This document shows positions 49,153 through 63,228 of a DNA stretch of 64,000 bases, in pieces; within the stretch, counting starts at the first letter, position 1; every line of letters starts with the position of its first letter. Source of the DNA: Ylistrum balloti (taxonomy: Eukaryota). The DNA lies in contig NW_026781965.1 in assembly GCF_031769215.1 (NCBI RefSeq), forward strand, positions 1-64,000, read 5' to 3'. The position numbers were made by a program, and so were the translations under genes. The notes below the pieces were generated by a model. It saw only the letters and a program-made list of their open reading frames with translations, was not told the DNA's origin and ran no database searches.

Positions 49153-50180
49153 ACAAGAGATCTAAGAGGGATCCTAGCGCCCACCATTTCCTTGTTCTTT
49201 AAAAGCTGAATCTTTCACCGCAAAATCCAAGATGGTTGACTGTCAGCCATTTTGTTTTTTTCTGATCAGTCCTTAAATCAAATGTGTACAAGGAACCAAG
49301 GGGAACCTCAATATGAAATTTGAGATATCCATCTAGAACTTCTCTAGAAATAGCAATACCAACAAACGGCCCACTGGGCCTGTATTACTCAACTGGTTGT
49401 TTGGATATTGCTTCATCTTAACTTTAGGAAAAGGTATTCTAAATTACTAAGCACACAGCACATTTTATATCTATTTTCTCTATTTGGCCCATCTGGTCCT
49501 TAAGGGGTCAACCATACAATTCATGTCTCATACCAAATTAGGACAAAATAAATCCGGTCATTCCTATAGAAGAATTTAAAATTATTTGCCTCTATTTCTC
49601 TCCCATTCAAAGAGGCCTAGACCCACCATTTATACCGAACTGATTTCAATTTACTCAAGGATGTGTTGTATCGGATTTAGGCAAAATTTATTCATTCCTT
49701 CAGAAAGAGTATAATTTTAAAGAATTTATTTCCTTTGTTGGGCCCCATCCCTTTCACCCAAAAGGGCTGAGACCAACTGTTTATACAAAATGATTCCACT
49801 TCCTTCAATGCTTTGTATCAAAGTTTGACAATTAACAATCTTCCCTGCAGGAAAAAGATTTTAAAGAATATGCTGAACTTCCTCTATTTATACAAATTTG
49901 ATTCCTCTTCACTGAAGAATGCTTTTAGACGAAATCTAGACAAAATAAATGATTCCTGTAGGATTTTAAGGTGTTTCTCCTATTGGGCCCCACCCCTCCT
50001 AACCCAGGAGGCCGAGAATCACCATTTAAACACTAAACACTTCACCAAAGAATACTGTAGACAAAGTTTGGGCAAAATCCAATCGATCCTACAGGAGGAA
50101 AAGGATTTAAAAGAATTTTCTCCATTTCCCCTAATTGATCTCATCCCTAATACCCCACTGGGTTGAGATCCATCATTTAC
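49153..50180 (+). mobile_element. Truncated copy of the 50183-51460 element followed by other interspersed-repeat pieces
   Basis: Starts ACAAGAGATCTAAGAGGGATCCTAGCGCCCACCA, nearly identical to the 50183 start, then one degraded unit (CAAAATCCAAGATGG). Confidence 0.55.
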
Positions 50181-50182
50181 AA

Positions 50183-51460
50183 ACAAGAGATCCCAGAGGG
50201 ATCTCAGCGCCCACCATTTGAGGATCTGTTTTCAGTTCTTGAAGATTTGTTTTTTTTTTTTTTTTGTTTGTTACAGGTGTTGTAAATGTTCATGAACTGG
50301 TCTTCATTGAATGTACACAATGATGGCACAAGATATTTGCCATTATTAAGCACCTATTAGCAAAAATCATTTGAAAAAGATCCCAAAGTATTATTAGATA
50401 GCAGTCAGTTACAGGTGGATAATGGACAATATGCTTGTGCTGTATTACTGTCGACATCCAAGATGGCTGCCTGGGGGCCACCTTGATTTCAAATCAGTCC
50501 AAAAAAGGTACAATGCACAACTAGGGACCAAGGGAAACCAATATCTATGAAATATCAGAAGGATCCATCCAGTATTTCCTCAGATATAGCAGTAACAAGA
50601 TTTTACTCTCAAAATCCAAGATGGCTGCCTGTTAGCCATCTTGATTTCGGATCAGTCCAAAAAGGTGTAATGCACAACTTGGAACCAAAGGGAACCTGCA
50701 TATGAAATTTGTAAAAGATCCATCCAGTACTTTCCAAGAAATAGCAGTAACAAACTTTTACATTCAAAATCCAAGATGGCCACCTGTCTGCCATCTTGAA
50801 TTCGAATCAGTCAAAAAAGGGTACAATGCACAACAAGGGACCAAGGGGAACCTGCATATGAAATTTGAGAAAGATCCATCCAGTACTTTCCAAGAAATAG
50901 CAGTAACAAACTTTAACTTCCAAAATCCAAGATGGCTGCCTGTCGGCCATCTTGAATTCGAATCAGTCCAAAAAATGGTACAATGCACAACTAGGGACTA
51001 AGGGGAAACTGCATATGAAATTTGAGAAAGATCCATCCAGTACTTTCCAAGAAATAGCAGTAACAAACTTTAACTTCCAAAATCCAAGATGGCTGCCTAT
51101 CGGCCATCTTGAATTCGAATCAGTCCAAAAAAGGTACAATGCACAACTAGGGACCAAGGGGAACCTGCATATGAAATTTGAGAAAGATCCATCCAGTACT
51201 TTCCAAGAAATAGCAGTAACAAACTTTAACTTCCAAAATCCATGATGGCCACCTGTCGGCCATCTTGAATTCGAATCAGTCCAAAAAAAAGTACAAAGCA
51301 CAACTAGGGACTAAGGGGAAACTGCATATGAAATTTGAGAAAGATCCATCCAGTACTTTCCAAGAAATAGCTGTAACAAGAATTGTTTACGGACTGATGA
51401 TGGACCATGAACGCAGGGCAATTTGAATAACCCACCATCTATTAGATGGTGGGCTAAAAA
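50183..51460 (+). mobile_element. Non-autonomous Helentron/HINE-like element carrying about six tandem 156-bp units
   Basis: 5' ACAAGAG...GCGCCCACCA; units start at ~50455, 50610, 50765, 50921, 51078, 51234; 3' hairpin CCCACCATCT-ATT-AGATGGTGGG (51431-51453), complementary to the 5' subterminal motif, then an A-tract. Confidence 0.8.
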
Positions 51461-53412
51461 AGTGATTCCCTTTCTACAAAGGGAATGCAGTAGACCAAAT
51501 TTGGGTATATTCCAACCATTCCTACTGGAGTAGGTTTTTGAAGAATTTGCCCTAATTCTCCTAATTGACCACAACCCTTGTGCCCCCCAGATTCCAGACC
51601 TATACCATTTATACAAAATTGATCTAAATGCAATCATTCCTACAGGAATTTTAAATAATTGTTGCAATTCCCCTACTGCGTCCCAGGAAACTGAAACCCA
51701 CAATTTATATGAAAAGGCCCATGTGTCTTACCACTCACCGAGTTACAAATGCTTCCTGTAACATGTCATCGAAATGACAATGTTATAAAAATAAGTTTAA
51801 TTACATTGTTAGCATAATTCAAATGTGCCTAACACTAACTACTGTCTTATGCTGAGGCTTCAGTTTGAATTTATAAAGATAATTAAGAAATTGAATTTTC
51901 CTTCATAAACTGTCCAATCCATGGACAGAACAGCTCAGAATTTTAACCTATTTTTGGCCCTGCCCATTAGATCAGGTGAAGTCATTATATGCATCTCATC
52001 AGTCAGCTTATACTCAAAATTCTAAAAAGTTTGAACTATTTCTTAAAGAAAATGAATTATGCTCAAGGTTTTGAAATATACACTAGTAAATTTCATCCCT
52101 TCTCCAAGGGGAAATGTAAGACCCTGGGGTCAAGAAATTAATTTTGGTTAGGCACCGTTAAGACACTTATGTCCATAGTTCTACTTAATCTTGGTATTGA
52201 AAGATTTTGGAAATTTCAGCCAGTTTGACCCCGCCCTTCAGCCAGGGTATGTGCATCTCTAATATTAAACTGTCATCTTAAACTGATAATTCTAAAACAA
52301 GTATGACCTATTTCTGAAAGAAAATAAAGAATTTATTCTCAAAAATTTTAATTTTTCTATATGAACTATAAAAAGGGGGGGTGGGGGTGGTGTGGTGTGT
52401 GTGTGGAGGAGTCCACCGTCCCATGGGTGGTGGAATCCTAGGTGGATACAGGAGTATTCTAGCAGAGCTCCATAGACGATAGGTAATTAAGGATGGAGCA
52501 TCAACGCCAAGGATTCTGTAGGTTTAGAATTTATTAGTTTACATATTGGCTAGAAATTGATGGAAAGGGCATAAGCATACTTTGGTTATGTGTAACAGGA
52601 TAGCTGATCATTAATTCAATATCATCCAAAACTAGAATTTTGAAATTCTTTGTAATTATATGGTGCTAAATCTCATTCTACACAAGGGCAGCAAGACTAG
52701 CACATACATTTGAATTAGCATAAATTAAAACAAATTAATAATAAAAAATCGACAATTGTAATATTTGACTCTGTTTCTTATCATATGAAGGCAAATAATA
52801 TTCATAACCAGTCCAAGGTCTTAGCTGAAGACCTCTCAACAGAGAATCTTTGCTGTTGTATTTACAACATGCAATATTCTACTATGAAAACGGAAAACAA
52901 AGTACAGGTCCCTTTCTGATATAAATTTATTACAATGTTAAATGATAGACATGAAAATATTAAAACCAAGGGGGAAATGAACACGTACATTTAAAACCAA
53001 ATACACAAGTAATCATGATTCCAGTCTGGAGACCAACTACAAATCTACACGTATACAAGTCAAGAAGAGTCATGACAGAAAAGACGGAAATATTGTGTTT
53101 TTCAGTATTTGTTCCCAATTGATCTGCTTCCATGCTTTTTCCGGTCATTTATAAATCCACTTGCACACAGACAAGGATACATCACAACTGGTCAGTCAAC
53201 AGCTGCCCAAGAAAAGTGCACATGTTCTTTTTTCCATGAAAAAATCAAAATGAAATTTTCCAGACTGGCAATGCATGGGTTAAAATCCAATGGCTTGATG
53301 ATGAAGTAAAATGAGATATGAATTGAACGTCCATTCGTGAAGTTTGATGGTTCACACTTGACACGATATCCTAATACACTAAACGGCAAACATACAGCAG
53401 GAACTAAACAAA

Positions 53413-56400
53413 TTACGTAGGTTTCTGTGATCCCTTCTTTCCGATGAGAGATTTGTGGATGTGAGGAATGACACCTGAAAGTAAACATAACACAGCATTA
53501 CACATACTGTAAACAAAGTATAAACACAAGCATTTTTTATTTCATGAAGTCACCATGCACAAAGTTCATCATTTATGATGTTGATAAATTGAAACATTTA
53601 ATAATTATAAAAGATATTCAGTACACCACAAATTTAAAGTCATGTTTACAACTTTTCATTTATAGAATATTGCAGTTCCATAATAAAACATCGCTTCCAT
53701 GCCATATGATCGATCGTCTTGCACCAAGAATGATAAATTTTTGACAAAATCGAATACATATATAATAGAGTTCAAGCAAATTAATGCAAATATCTTGATT
53801 TTCCCAATTTCAGCCACATTCTTCCAACTATGGGATTGTCAGCTGTTTTATACCAGATTTAGAAAGAATCAGAGTTAGAGCTCTGTGAAACTTTTCAAGA
53901 CACATGCCCATCAGTCTAGTAAAATGTACTTGTTTAATACAAGAATTCAGAAGTCTAAAAATTTATGCATTTCCCAAATAGTTTATGTACAATATCACTG
54001 TAAATTTATTCAGTGAAACAATACAATATAAAATGCCAACACAATCTGAGGATATTGCAATCATTATTAACAATTGCAATCAGTCCCATTTTACGGACAT
54101 CTTTCAATAGTTTCCTTAGTTGACTGGTAAAAATCCTATTTTTTTTCTTGAGATGATTACTGGTATTAGAGTAGCCTTGCACAAAGGTGCATGAACTCTC
54201 ATCAATTAAACACTTGTTCAATAAGCAGGATGTAATTGCACTTACCACCACCAGCGATTGTAGCTTTGATAAGTGAATCCAACTCTTCATCTCCACGAAT
54301 GGCCAATTGCAAGTGACGAGGTGTGATACGCTTTACTTTCAAATCTTTACTAGCATTTCCAGCCAATTCCAGTACCTGTAGAAATATCACACAAGACAAT
54401 ATCGGAATTGTTAATCAGTTAAAATTTTTTTCATTTGCATTCATAGTCAGAAACACACACCCCTCTAACCAAGACAAAATGATAGCTTTCAAAACAGCAA
54501 CCAATCATTAAAATATTCTAATAAAACTGTAGAAATTTTTTTTTAATAATAGTGATGAAAGCTTCAATAAAGTACTTTGAAAAGCAATTAAGATTGATTC
54601 CATTTTTCAAACCAATCTTGTCAAAAAGTGAATCATTCATGCGAAATAATTCATGGTAAACAGAGATGTAGACTAACATGACCAAGACTAACAGAACAAT
54701 GCCTGAACACTTAAATATTATAGGGTACATTGATACTTATTTCCAACAGGAATGCTTTTTAACCACCATGGTAATCTGAATTGAGCAGACAACAATGAAC
54801 AGGAATTGTCAAAGTAAGTGTTGGTATACACGTTTCTTTTTTAGTCTACTCTAAATTAATCATAGTAAAACATCTTATTAAAAAGACAAGTATTGCATCC
54901 AATGTGGAGTTAAGGTATTTTACGGCACAAACCAAAATATTTGTCCACATTTACCCCCCCAAAAAGTCTCATATTTTTTGTTTATAAAAGGTGTGAATAT
55001 TCATCTACAGAATGAAACAATGTTAAAAATATATAGACTTCAATCTAAATCCACCATTACACCAACATGTGATTCTAATATAGCTTAAAATGTTCACGAC
55101 ATGTGTCCAAGTTTTCACAATAATTAAAATTGTTGACAAGTATTCAGATTAACAAAGCAAAAAATGTCTTGTTCAAGCAATGGACAGAAGAGTTTTCAAA
55201 TTCTATGCGAATAGATTTTCTTTAAAGATGTAAACTACCCAAGTAATGTGTGTATACTTAATCTTTTAAGTATCTTATCATCAAATACTTAGTAACCATT
55301 GTCACTATTCCCAGTGGACATGTTCCACAATTACAACAGACATCTTCAGAAAAAATTAGATGTGCACCTACCATACTTATCAATTTAAACTGTAGCTTGC
55401 CACAGTACATTAATGACACTACTGACCAAAAAGACCTGTGAATATGCTTCAACACATGACCTTTTCATTGCAGTCTTCCTTAATTACTGGAATATACAAA
55501 TACTCAAGTCTTGTAAATAAATGACATTACATGTATGCTCTACATAAATATTATTAAGATAACTTGAATGTTCCGTATTCCACTGGCAACTGTTGTACCA
55601 TCCACCACTTCATTACCACATCGTGCAATCTTTAGAAGTTTATCCAAGAGAGAATTAACTTTAACAAGTATTGAGTATTAATCTTAGCTGCAGTCACTTG
55701 CGACGCCAAGTTTATGATAATTAGAGCATTTCATCACTATGGGGAACGCATTATAAAGGTACAAGTTCTGTTCGCGTTATGGAACTACTAACATTTGATT
55801 GATGATGCAATTGCTTTTCAACTTTCAGCATCAAGAGGATAGAAAATCAATATGGACAAGTATAAAAAAAGACATGTTTAAACCAATTATAAAACCGTCT
55901 ACCATCCATTATAAAAACGAGTGTGGTATACTAGTTTAGCTATAAAGTAACATACAATATACACAGCAATCGAAAGGGAGACAACATCAATTCAATCATG
56001 GCGGTTGGTCCGCCATTTTGACTGCCCGCGAAATTCCAACTAATGTAAACAATTATACGAATTTCTATGTTTGTTGCATGGGATCAGTTGGATTTGCATG
56101 AAATATATGTGAAAGCAATTCCTTTCGAGGTACGAGGACCGAATTCATCCTCGAAACATGTATATAAACACGCTTATAAAATGTAAACATTGGGAACTCT
56201 TCATTCATCATGATAATAATTCTAACGAAACAAACATCAACAGATACAATTTGGAGTGTCAAACATTTGATCACTGCAATAAATAATATTGTTCCTTACT
56301 TCAGCGGTCAGGTATTCCAAAATTGCTGCACTGTACACTGCGGCTGTTGCACCAACTCGACCATGGCTTGTTGTTCTGTTTTTCAAATGTCTGTGAATAC

Positions 56401-56759
56401 GACCAACTGGGAACTGCAAAGAAGCAATATATATTACACACTACCACTACAAAATGCATGTATTGCAAACTATGTACCACTACAATCCAACAAAATAAAA
56501 TTGTTGAGTGTAATGTTTATATCGCTGTTTACCTGGAGCCCTGCCCTTGCTGAACGAGAAACTGCCTTTGCCTTCGCCTTTCCAGAGTCTTTTCCTGCTT
56601 TACCACCTGCCTAAAAATATCAAATAAAAATATTTTGAAGATTTTTTCACGAAAAATAATACTGCAATTATCATATACAAACATTATTTAATGCATGTAT
56701 TGGTAAATGAAAATCCGATGACCAGGGATTCATTCGATTTTTTGACGGATACATACCAT
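53413..56759 (-). CDS. H2AZ: Histone variant H2A.Z (H2A.V), 128 aa
   Basis: Exons 56759-56757 (ATG), 56610-56533, 56413-56300, 54375-54246, 53474-53413 (3+78+114+130+62 nt). [128 protein letters not shown]. Confidence 0.98.
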
Positions 56760-56779
56760 CTTTCTTCAAATTCTTCTCT

Positions 56780-56880
56780 CGTCCTATTGACTGACTGACG
56801 CTCAGACTGTAATACCGCCAAATTACAGCGTATACACAGAAAGTCACGTGACGCTATTAGCCAATAGTAAGCGTTCTCTA
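56780..56880 (-). promoter_or_regulatory. H2A.Z proximal promoter
   Basis: Palindromic E-box GTCACGTGAC 56843-56852 and CCAAT 56861-56865 about 100 nt upstream of the ATG; locally CpG-rich. Confidence 0.6.
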
Positions 56881-57799
56881 ACGGACAAAGAATTATAGTA
56901 ATTTTGACACGCCAGGTACCCTCTGGCTTACTTGACAAGTCTATATATAATACATTCGATTAACAGCATTCATTTTTTGATCTAAACAAATTCATTTATG
57001 CGACATTATAACCAATAGATGACATGTCACAAACTGTCTTGCATTACTCCAAAGTATATCAAAACAGACCGACTCGTGTATATAAGATGTAGACTACTTG
57101 CTATTAAAACTCATTAATATATATTGAAATTGAGATGAAATATCATGAATTATGGATCAGTTGATGTCTTTTTGATGGCAAAAGTGACCAATGCACATGA
57201 AATGCTAGGTCAGAAAAGAAGAGTCTAGTTATATACGGGTAGACAGTATTTGTTAATGTATAAACAATATCAAACCTGAATAGATTTACTCTTTCGTATA
57301 TATAGCCTGACATCATAGATATATCAATGTACTTTCTATTAGGTACATGTCATTTTCAACTTTTCATCTCCGTATTTTAAAACTCTACCGGTAGAGGGCT
57401 TGATACAATCGATTTGTTACACATTTTAAATGTATTTTAACTATTTTTAATCTCGGTAACCTAGAAATGCAAGCATATCAGAATTAGATGAAAATGCAGT
57501 TAAAGATTTGAGTGTTATCAGCGTTTGTAGTCTTTGAAAACGACATAATTTTTTTTGAGACAATTCATATCGACATTTGTTGAACTTTGCCCGTGGCATA
57601 CGTTACATAACACACGGTGTTTAATTGGTTCGGCATAGCAGCTGGACTTCCTGACCTCGTTCAAAGACGTCCAATTAAATTGGCCAAGTCGCCGGTCAGA
57701 GCATCATGCAATCAAATTTCGCCGGTTTGTTCTCCTTTCTCACCCGTTTTAAGAACAAAGAAGTTATATAGACACTAGAAGATAACAGGCATTATAGTC

Positions 57800-58427
57800 T
57801 GTTCTGATAGATTACCTATATACAGGCAGAATATTTACTGTATTGTTCTGATATACCTATATACAGGCAGAATATTTACCTGTACTGTTGTGATAAAGTA
57901 GCTATATACAGGTAAATATAATTTACCTGTACTGTATTGATAAAGTAGCTATATACAGGTAGAATATTTACCTGTACTGTTGTGATAAAGTAGCTGTATA
58001 CAGGTGGATTATTTACCTGTACTGTTGTGATAAAGTAGCTATATACAGGTAAATATGATTTACCTGTACTGTATTGATAAAGTAGCTATATACAGGTAGA
58101 ATATTTACCTGTACTGTTCTGATATACCTATATACAGGCAGAATATTTACCTGTACTGTATTGATAAAGTAGCTATATACAGGTAAATATAATTTACCTA
58201 TACTGTTGTGATAAAGTAGCTATATACAGGTAGAATATTTAACTGTAACGTATTGATAAAGTAGCTGTATACAGGTGGATTATTTACCTGTACTGTTGTG
58301 ATAAAGTAGCTATATACAGGTAGAATATTTAACTGTAACGTATTGATAAAGTAGCTGTATACAGGTGGATTATTTACCTGTACTGTTGTGATAAAGTAGC
58401 TATAAACAGATAGATTATTTACCTGTC
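57800..58427. repeat. ~43-46-bp minisatellite (about 14 units) with an internal inverted repeat
   Basis: Unit TTTACCTGTACTGT(T/A)(G/T)TGATAAAGTAGCT(A/G)TATACAGGT(A/G)(G/A)AT(A/T)A; each unit has ACCTGTA...TACAGGT. Confidence 0.93.
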
Positions 58428-59879
58428 CTCTTTTTAACTATGAAATTGTACATCTGTGTAAATTATAACCATTTTCCTGGTTATGGTAAAAAACTGTTTA
58501 CCAAATTCCAGCTATTGTCTAATAAGAACACATAAAATCAATTAATTGTAAGCTTAAGTTATTTTATAGGCTACTTTATCAATATCTAAGTTAAAATGTA
58601 TACAGTGCATAAAATAACATTTTGAAGTGATGAAGCAACATGACGGTACTCAGTAATGAGAGGAAATATATATTACATTGTTATAATCTACGTTATCAGA
58701 TCAGAGATACAAAGCCGTATATGAGAGCATATTATATAACAAAAGTAATAACATTAATAAAGTGAAACAGTGAATTCGTAGCTCAAGTTTGCATAATTAG
58801 CATATTTACATACATTACATACATTAGAAACAAATGTACATATTTGATACATAAACTAGACTTTTAGCACTGATGTAATATTTGTACTGATATCTCCTGA
58901 GTAATGATCGTGGCAAAAAGCTGTAGGTGGTTGTAAGGATGGTGTGTGTTTCCAGTAGATGTATTCGTTACACACGATCTACTGTCTACCAAACTTGAAT
59001 AATATTGGTTATTGATGAGGAATATGTGATAAATGTTACCATCTGACCATACTTTTAAAAAAAGCACACAACTGGATATTCCCACCATTTTAATCACTAT
59101 TGAATCACAAAATATGGTGTTGTTAAATACAAGCGTGGCTTATGCACAGTGATAAGTAAATAATATTCTGATGTGAATTTAACTTGATTTAAACTATTTT
59201 AAATGTTTTTCCCTAAAAGATATCAAACCTTCCAACCATCACCATCACATTCTATTACCTGTACACATTCTATAGGTGTAGCTATGAAAGCATTACATAA
59301 TATGTAAAAATCAGTTTAAAATGAAAGAAATAACCTTGATGGAAGTTGATGTGAACATAATATATATGAGAGTATGATCCAGGTAATGTGGGAGAATACA
59401 GGTAAACAGGTCGACATACAATACAGGTAAACAGGTGGGAGAACAACACAGGCTAGAACACTGACATTCGTCGGGGAGACGATACCCGCACACGTGAAGA
59501 GTCGCGGAGACGGAAAGATATCAATTGCAACCAACCAACCTACAACAAAGGTAATAACATTAAAGTTCTACTACACTTGAGGAATTAACATCGCATCATG
59601 CTATTACACTGATATTTTATACAGTACGGATAATAATTCCGTTTCCCATTAGTCAGTAAAACTGAATGAATTATATCTGTGGTGTGTGACTATTTAAGCC
59701 CCCCCTCCCCTTATTTATTAGTTGGCATTCTCCTAATATTCTTATTTACGTTGGATATTTGATTAATTTGGAGATAGTTGATATTTGGAGATTTAATGTC
59801 TCTGATATACAGGTTTGAGCGATAAAGCCACAACATGTCTCCTTTGATAGAAGAATGGCACACTGAATGATTGTAACTC

Positions 59880-60760
59880 AATTGCCTTCGATATAGCTAA
59901 GTCCGTGCCAATTCTTATTTATTATAAGACACCACATAACTTATCTCACTATGTGTAGTTCACCGAGGATCTGACTCAAGTGTTCACTTCGGGTAAGATA
60001 AACGAATCTTGTCCTAATTTTTCATTTTATGAACAATTCCTGACGATATTAAGGAATTTCTATATATCGGACTTTTATGTTAGACCATCTTTATTGCACG
60101 ATATAGATATATTTACAAAAGTTTATAAAAAAAATGTCATTATATCTGACTTTATTAATATCATTTGTCCATGATAATCGGGAGATATGTTGCTCCATCT
60201 GTTCTGAGATATATATTAAATGAATGTTGACTAGACTTTGTTCTATTAGGGAGTCACCTCGTTACGGACAGTTGGAAGTTTAATGAAGTGCACAGGAAAG
60301 ATATCTTGTATGAACTTGCACGTTACTGTCATCTTCTTTCCATCAGATATTTTTTAATACTAGATAATTGGAAATTTATATTGAATAATACCAAGTTTGA
60401 AATTATACTTCGCGCTTTAAAATCATCTTGATGTATAACGTATTTACTTCTCGCCATATTGAAACAGCATATATTTTAACAATTTATACCAAATACAAGA
60501 ATCTCTCGTATATTGGAATATTGCAATGACGACATATGATAATTCGGTTATACGGAACTGACTACAACAATACCGATGTCAACAGATGGCGTTTGTATAT
60601 TTGTTTACTAGATTTAAAAAAAAGATTATATTCAGATGATATTATATTGATAAGCTTTCCAAACCATGACAATTACTATGATATCCTGGTGTCGTCTAAA
60701 AACCACCTGTCTAATATTGTTGAGAACATTAAGAAATTTATTTAAATTGGCGACGAACTT
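59880..60760 (+). mobile_element. Possible very old RT (Penelope-like) relic
   Basis: Fragmented translations with weak colinear resemblance to RT motifs (SDFYVRPSLLHD ~ DFSTLYTTIPHD; FLILDNW ~ FLIDNI; RLYSDDIIL ~ RYIDDVL). By eye only. Confidence 0.3.
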
Positions 60761-61852
60761 CGACATACCTTAAAAATACACTGGAAATGCATTTTTAACC
60801 AGTGTTAAGATTGGAGTTGCCTCCCTTGGACTACATGCAATACCTACTGCAGCTGTTCATAGACAGGGTGCTGAATAATAGAGAACCAAACCGGTCATTT
60901 TTGTCAAAAGAGATCTAATATGATACCGAAATAGTTTCATTGAATTTTTAATCGGCTAGTATCTGCATTTTAACAGGTGAAATACCTCCCGAAATAAAAA
61001 CTCCGCTGCCTTATTGGCCCTCAACGAGTCAGCTTTGAAGTCTGGTCACCGATTTCCTAGTAGTGTAGAAAGACAAGCTAAAATCAAGTACAGATTTACG
61101 CCGCAAAATGTTCCACCAGAGTTTGAGTTGCAAACATTGGCAATACGACTTTAACATATTTTTGCCTAAAAAATATGACGATATTGGATTTCTTTGTACT
61201 TTTGAATGTAAAAATACGATGAATCAATCGCCTTATACGTTTGAATCGAACTGCACATTTTATGAGATTTTCATTCATGACCATGCAATGGCATAAAGAA
61301 ATAAAATTTGGCAGTGCCCAGGTATTTTACCTTCAACTTGAACAATATCTTTCCTCAAACTGTTTTTTTAAAGGACCTCTAAATGTTTACACGATTATCA
61401 TATCCAATTTTTGTACGTTTACTATTGGAAATACTAATTCAAGGTATGGTTTTAAAGTATGGTCAAGCTTTGGTGGTGAAACACCAACCGAATGCCTAGA
61501 TAATGTTTTTATTCAGGTTTTAGTCCAAGTTAAATATTCATTAAACTTCAAAAACACTTATAGAAATTTAGTATCCCTGACTCATTTCATTTCTTTCGAT
61601 AAACGATACTTTTGATCTTCATGCAACTTAATAAAAAAAAAATGTTCATGTTTTGATCATGATTCCCCTCAGTGTTTCGCAAATCGTACACAGTTTCTGG
61701 AAGATCAAATCATGATCACTTAAATGATTCATACAAACTTGCATGATGTTTTTGATCAGTTGCATTCATTGTTTAAAAATCTCTTCAGTAAGCATTGCCT
61801 CTAAAGATAACTTGTACAGAAAATCATGATTTTCAGGAAGCTCCTCTTGTAA

Positions 61853-62550
61853 ACAAGCTTACAGCTAGTGTTGTATGCAACCATCGTTCCCTGTCGTTCA
61901 TTAAATTTTCTGGACGCCAAAATATGACGATCAAAGTCTATTTTTATTAGCAGTAACTTTCGTAGTTAACCTTTGACCCCAAATATAATCCCATTATACA
62001 ATACATCAAAAGCTAACATTTTATGATGTTTCAACCAAATTCAGCAATACTGCCAAAATTTATCATCTGGAAACCAAAATTTGATGATAAATGTATATTT
62101 TTAGTAACAGTGACCTTTGTTGCTGACCCCAAACATAGTTTCACGCTGTATTACCTCATACGCTTACATTGTATGAAGATTCAACCAAATCCATCAATCC
62201 TTTATGAAGTTATGACAAGAAAACCAAAATTTGACGATAAATAACAGTGACTTTCATAGCTGACTTTTCGACCCAAAACTCAATCCCACTCTGTAGTACC
62301 TCATCAGTTAACATTTTATGAAATCAATCAATCCTTTCGGAAGTTAATATCTGGAAACCAAAATTCAATAAAAAATATATTTAATCAGTGACATTTGTAG
62401 TTGACCTTTCGACCCCAAATTCAATCTCACTCTGTATTACCTCATAACCTAACAGTAAATAAAGTTTCATTGAAATTCTGGAAACCGACATCCACACAGA
62501 GGGAGAAGAAAACTATAGCCCCCTCCTCCAGTTAGCTGGGGACTAATAAA
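61853..62550 (+). mobile_element. Helentron/HINE-like element with about five diverged 130-160-bp internal units
   Basis: Starts ACAAGCTT; units GGAAACCAAAATT...ACAGTGAC...GACCCCAAA at ~61910, 62067, 62217, 62351, 62478; ends TATAGCCCCCT...GCTGGGGACTAATAA hairpin-like. Confidence 0.65.
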
Positions 62551-63228
62551 TGTAAAGGAGAAAACTTGTAAAATGAGCTTTGTGTAATTTGATTATTGAA
62601 AAGATGTCAGATTAAACTTTTAGTCAGTATGAATGCAATCTTGGACAATGATGAATATTAGTGTTTGATATCATTTTAATTATCTCTTGCCCAGTTTGCA
62701 TTTGTATTGGCCAATAAATACAGTCTAAAGGAAAATAATTAATGTCGTTACTCATCGGAGTCTTCATAATTTCCCTTATGCTGTTGGTCTTCTAAATATG
62801 TCCTCAAAACTTTATATCACATAACTGTCTTGTTATTGTTTTGTAAAAGTATAACTGTTGAGCAGTAAATCCAACCTGTTTTTGTGACATAAATTGAAAT
62901 TTGTTGAATGAAAAAAATAACAAACTTGAGATAGTTTCTGATAACAAGATTTTATTGCACAAAAATATATACAGTTGTTCACAATATTTCTTTACCACAA
63001 GGATTTAAACAACATTTACCACCTAGTCACTTATGTTCCAGTTTGTTGACAAGTGAGCTTAGATATTTATTTATAGATCTAATATTTTTAAAAATTTCAA
63101 GGGTTTGTCAGTTTAAGGGACATATAGGGATATGTACATCTTCCAACCAGCATCTTAACTATGAAAACAAAATTTGTTTGTGTTTTGACATATACTGTGA
63201 CAAATTATTATTATTAAAAAACAATTTG

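Noticed and set aside
50609-51301. Repetitive ORFs on both strands (MKFEKDPSSTFQEIAV...)
   Set aside because: By-products of the 156-bp tandem units of a non-autonomous element; no splice or domain support.
48001-52400. C-rich (48001-48027) and G-rich (52375-52400) tracts as G-quadruplexes
   Set aside because: Isolated low-complexity runs amid repeats, with no link to a gene feature.
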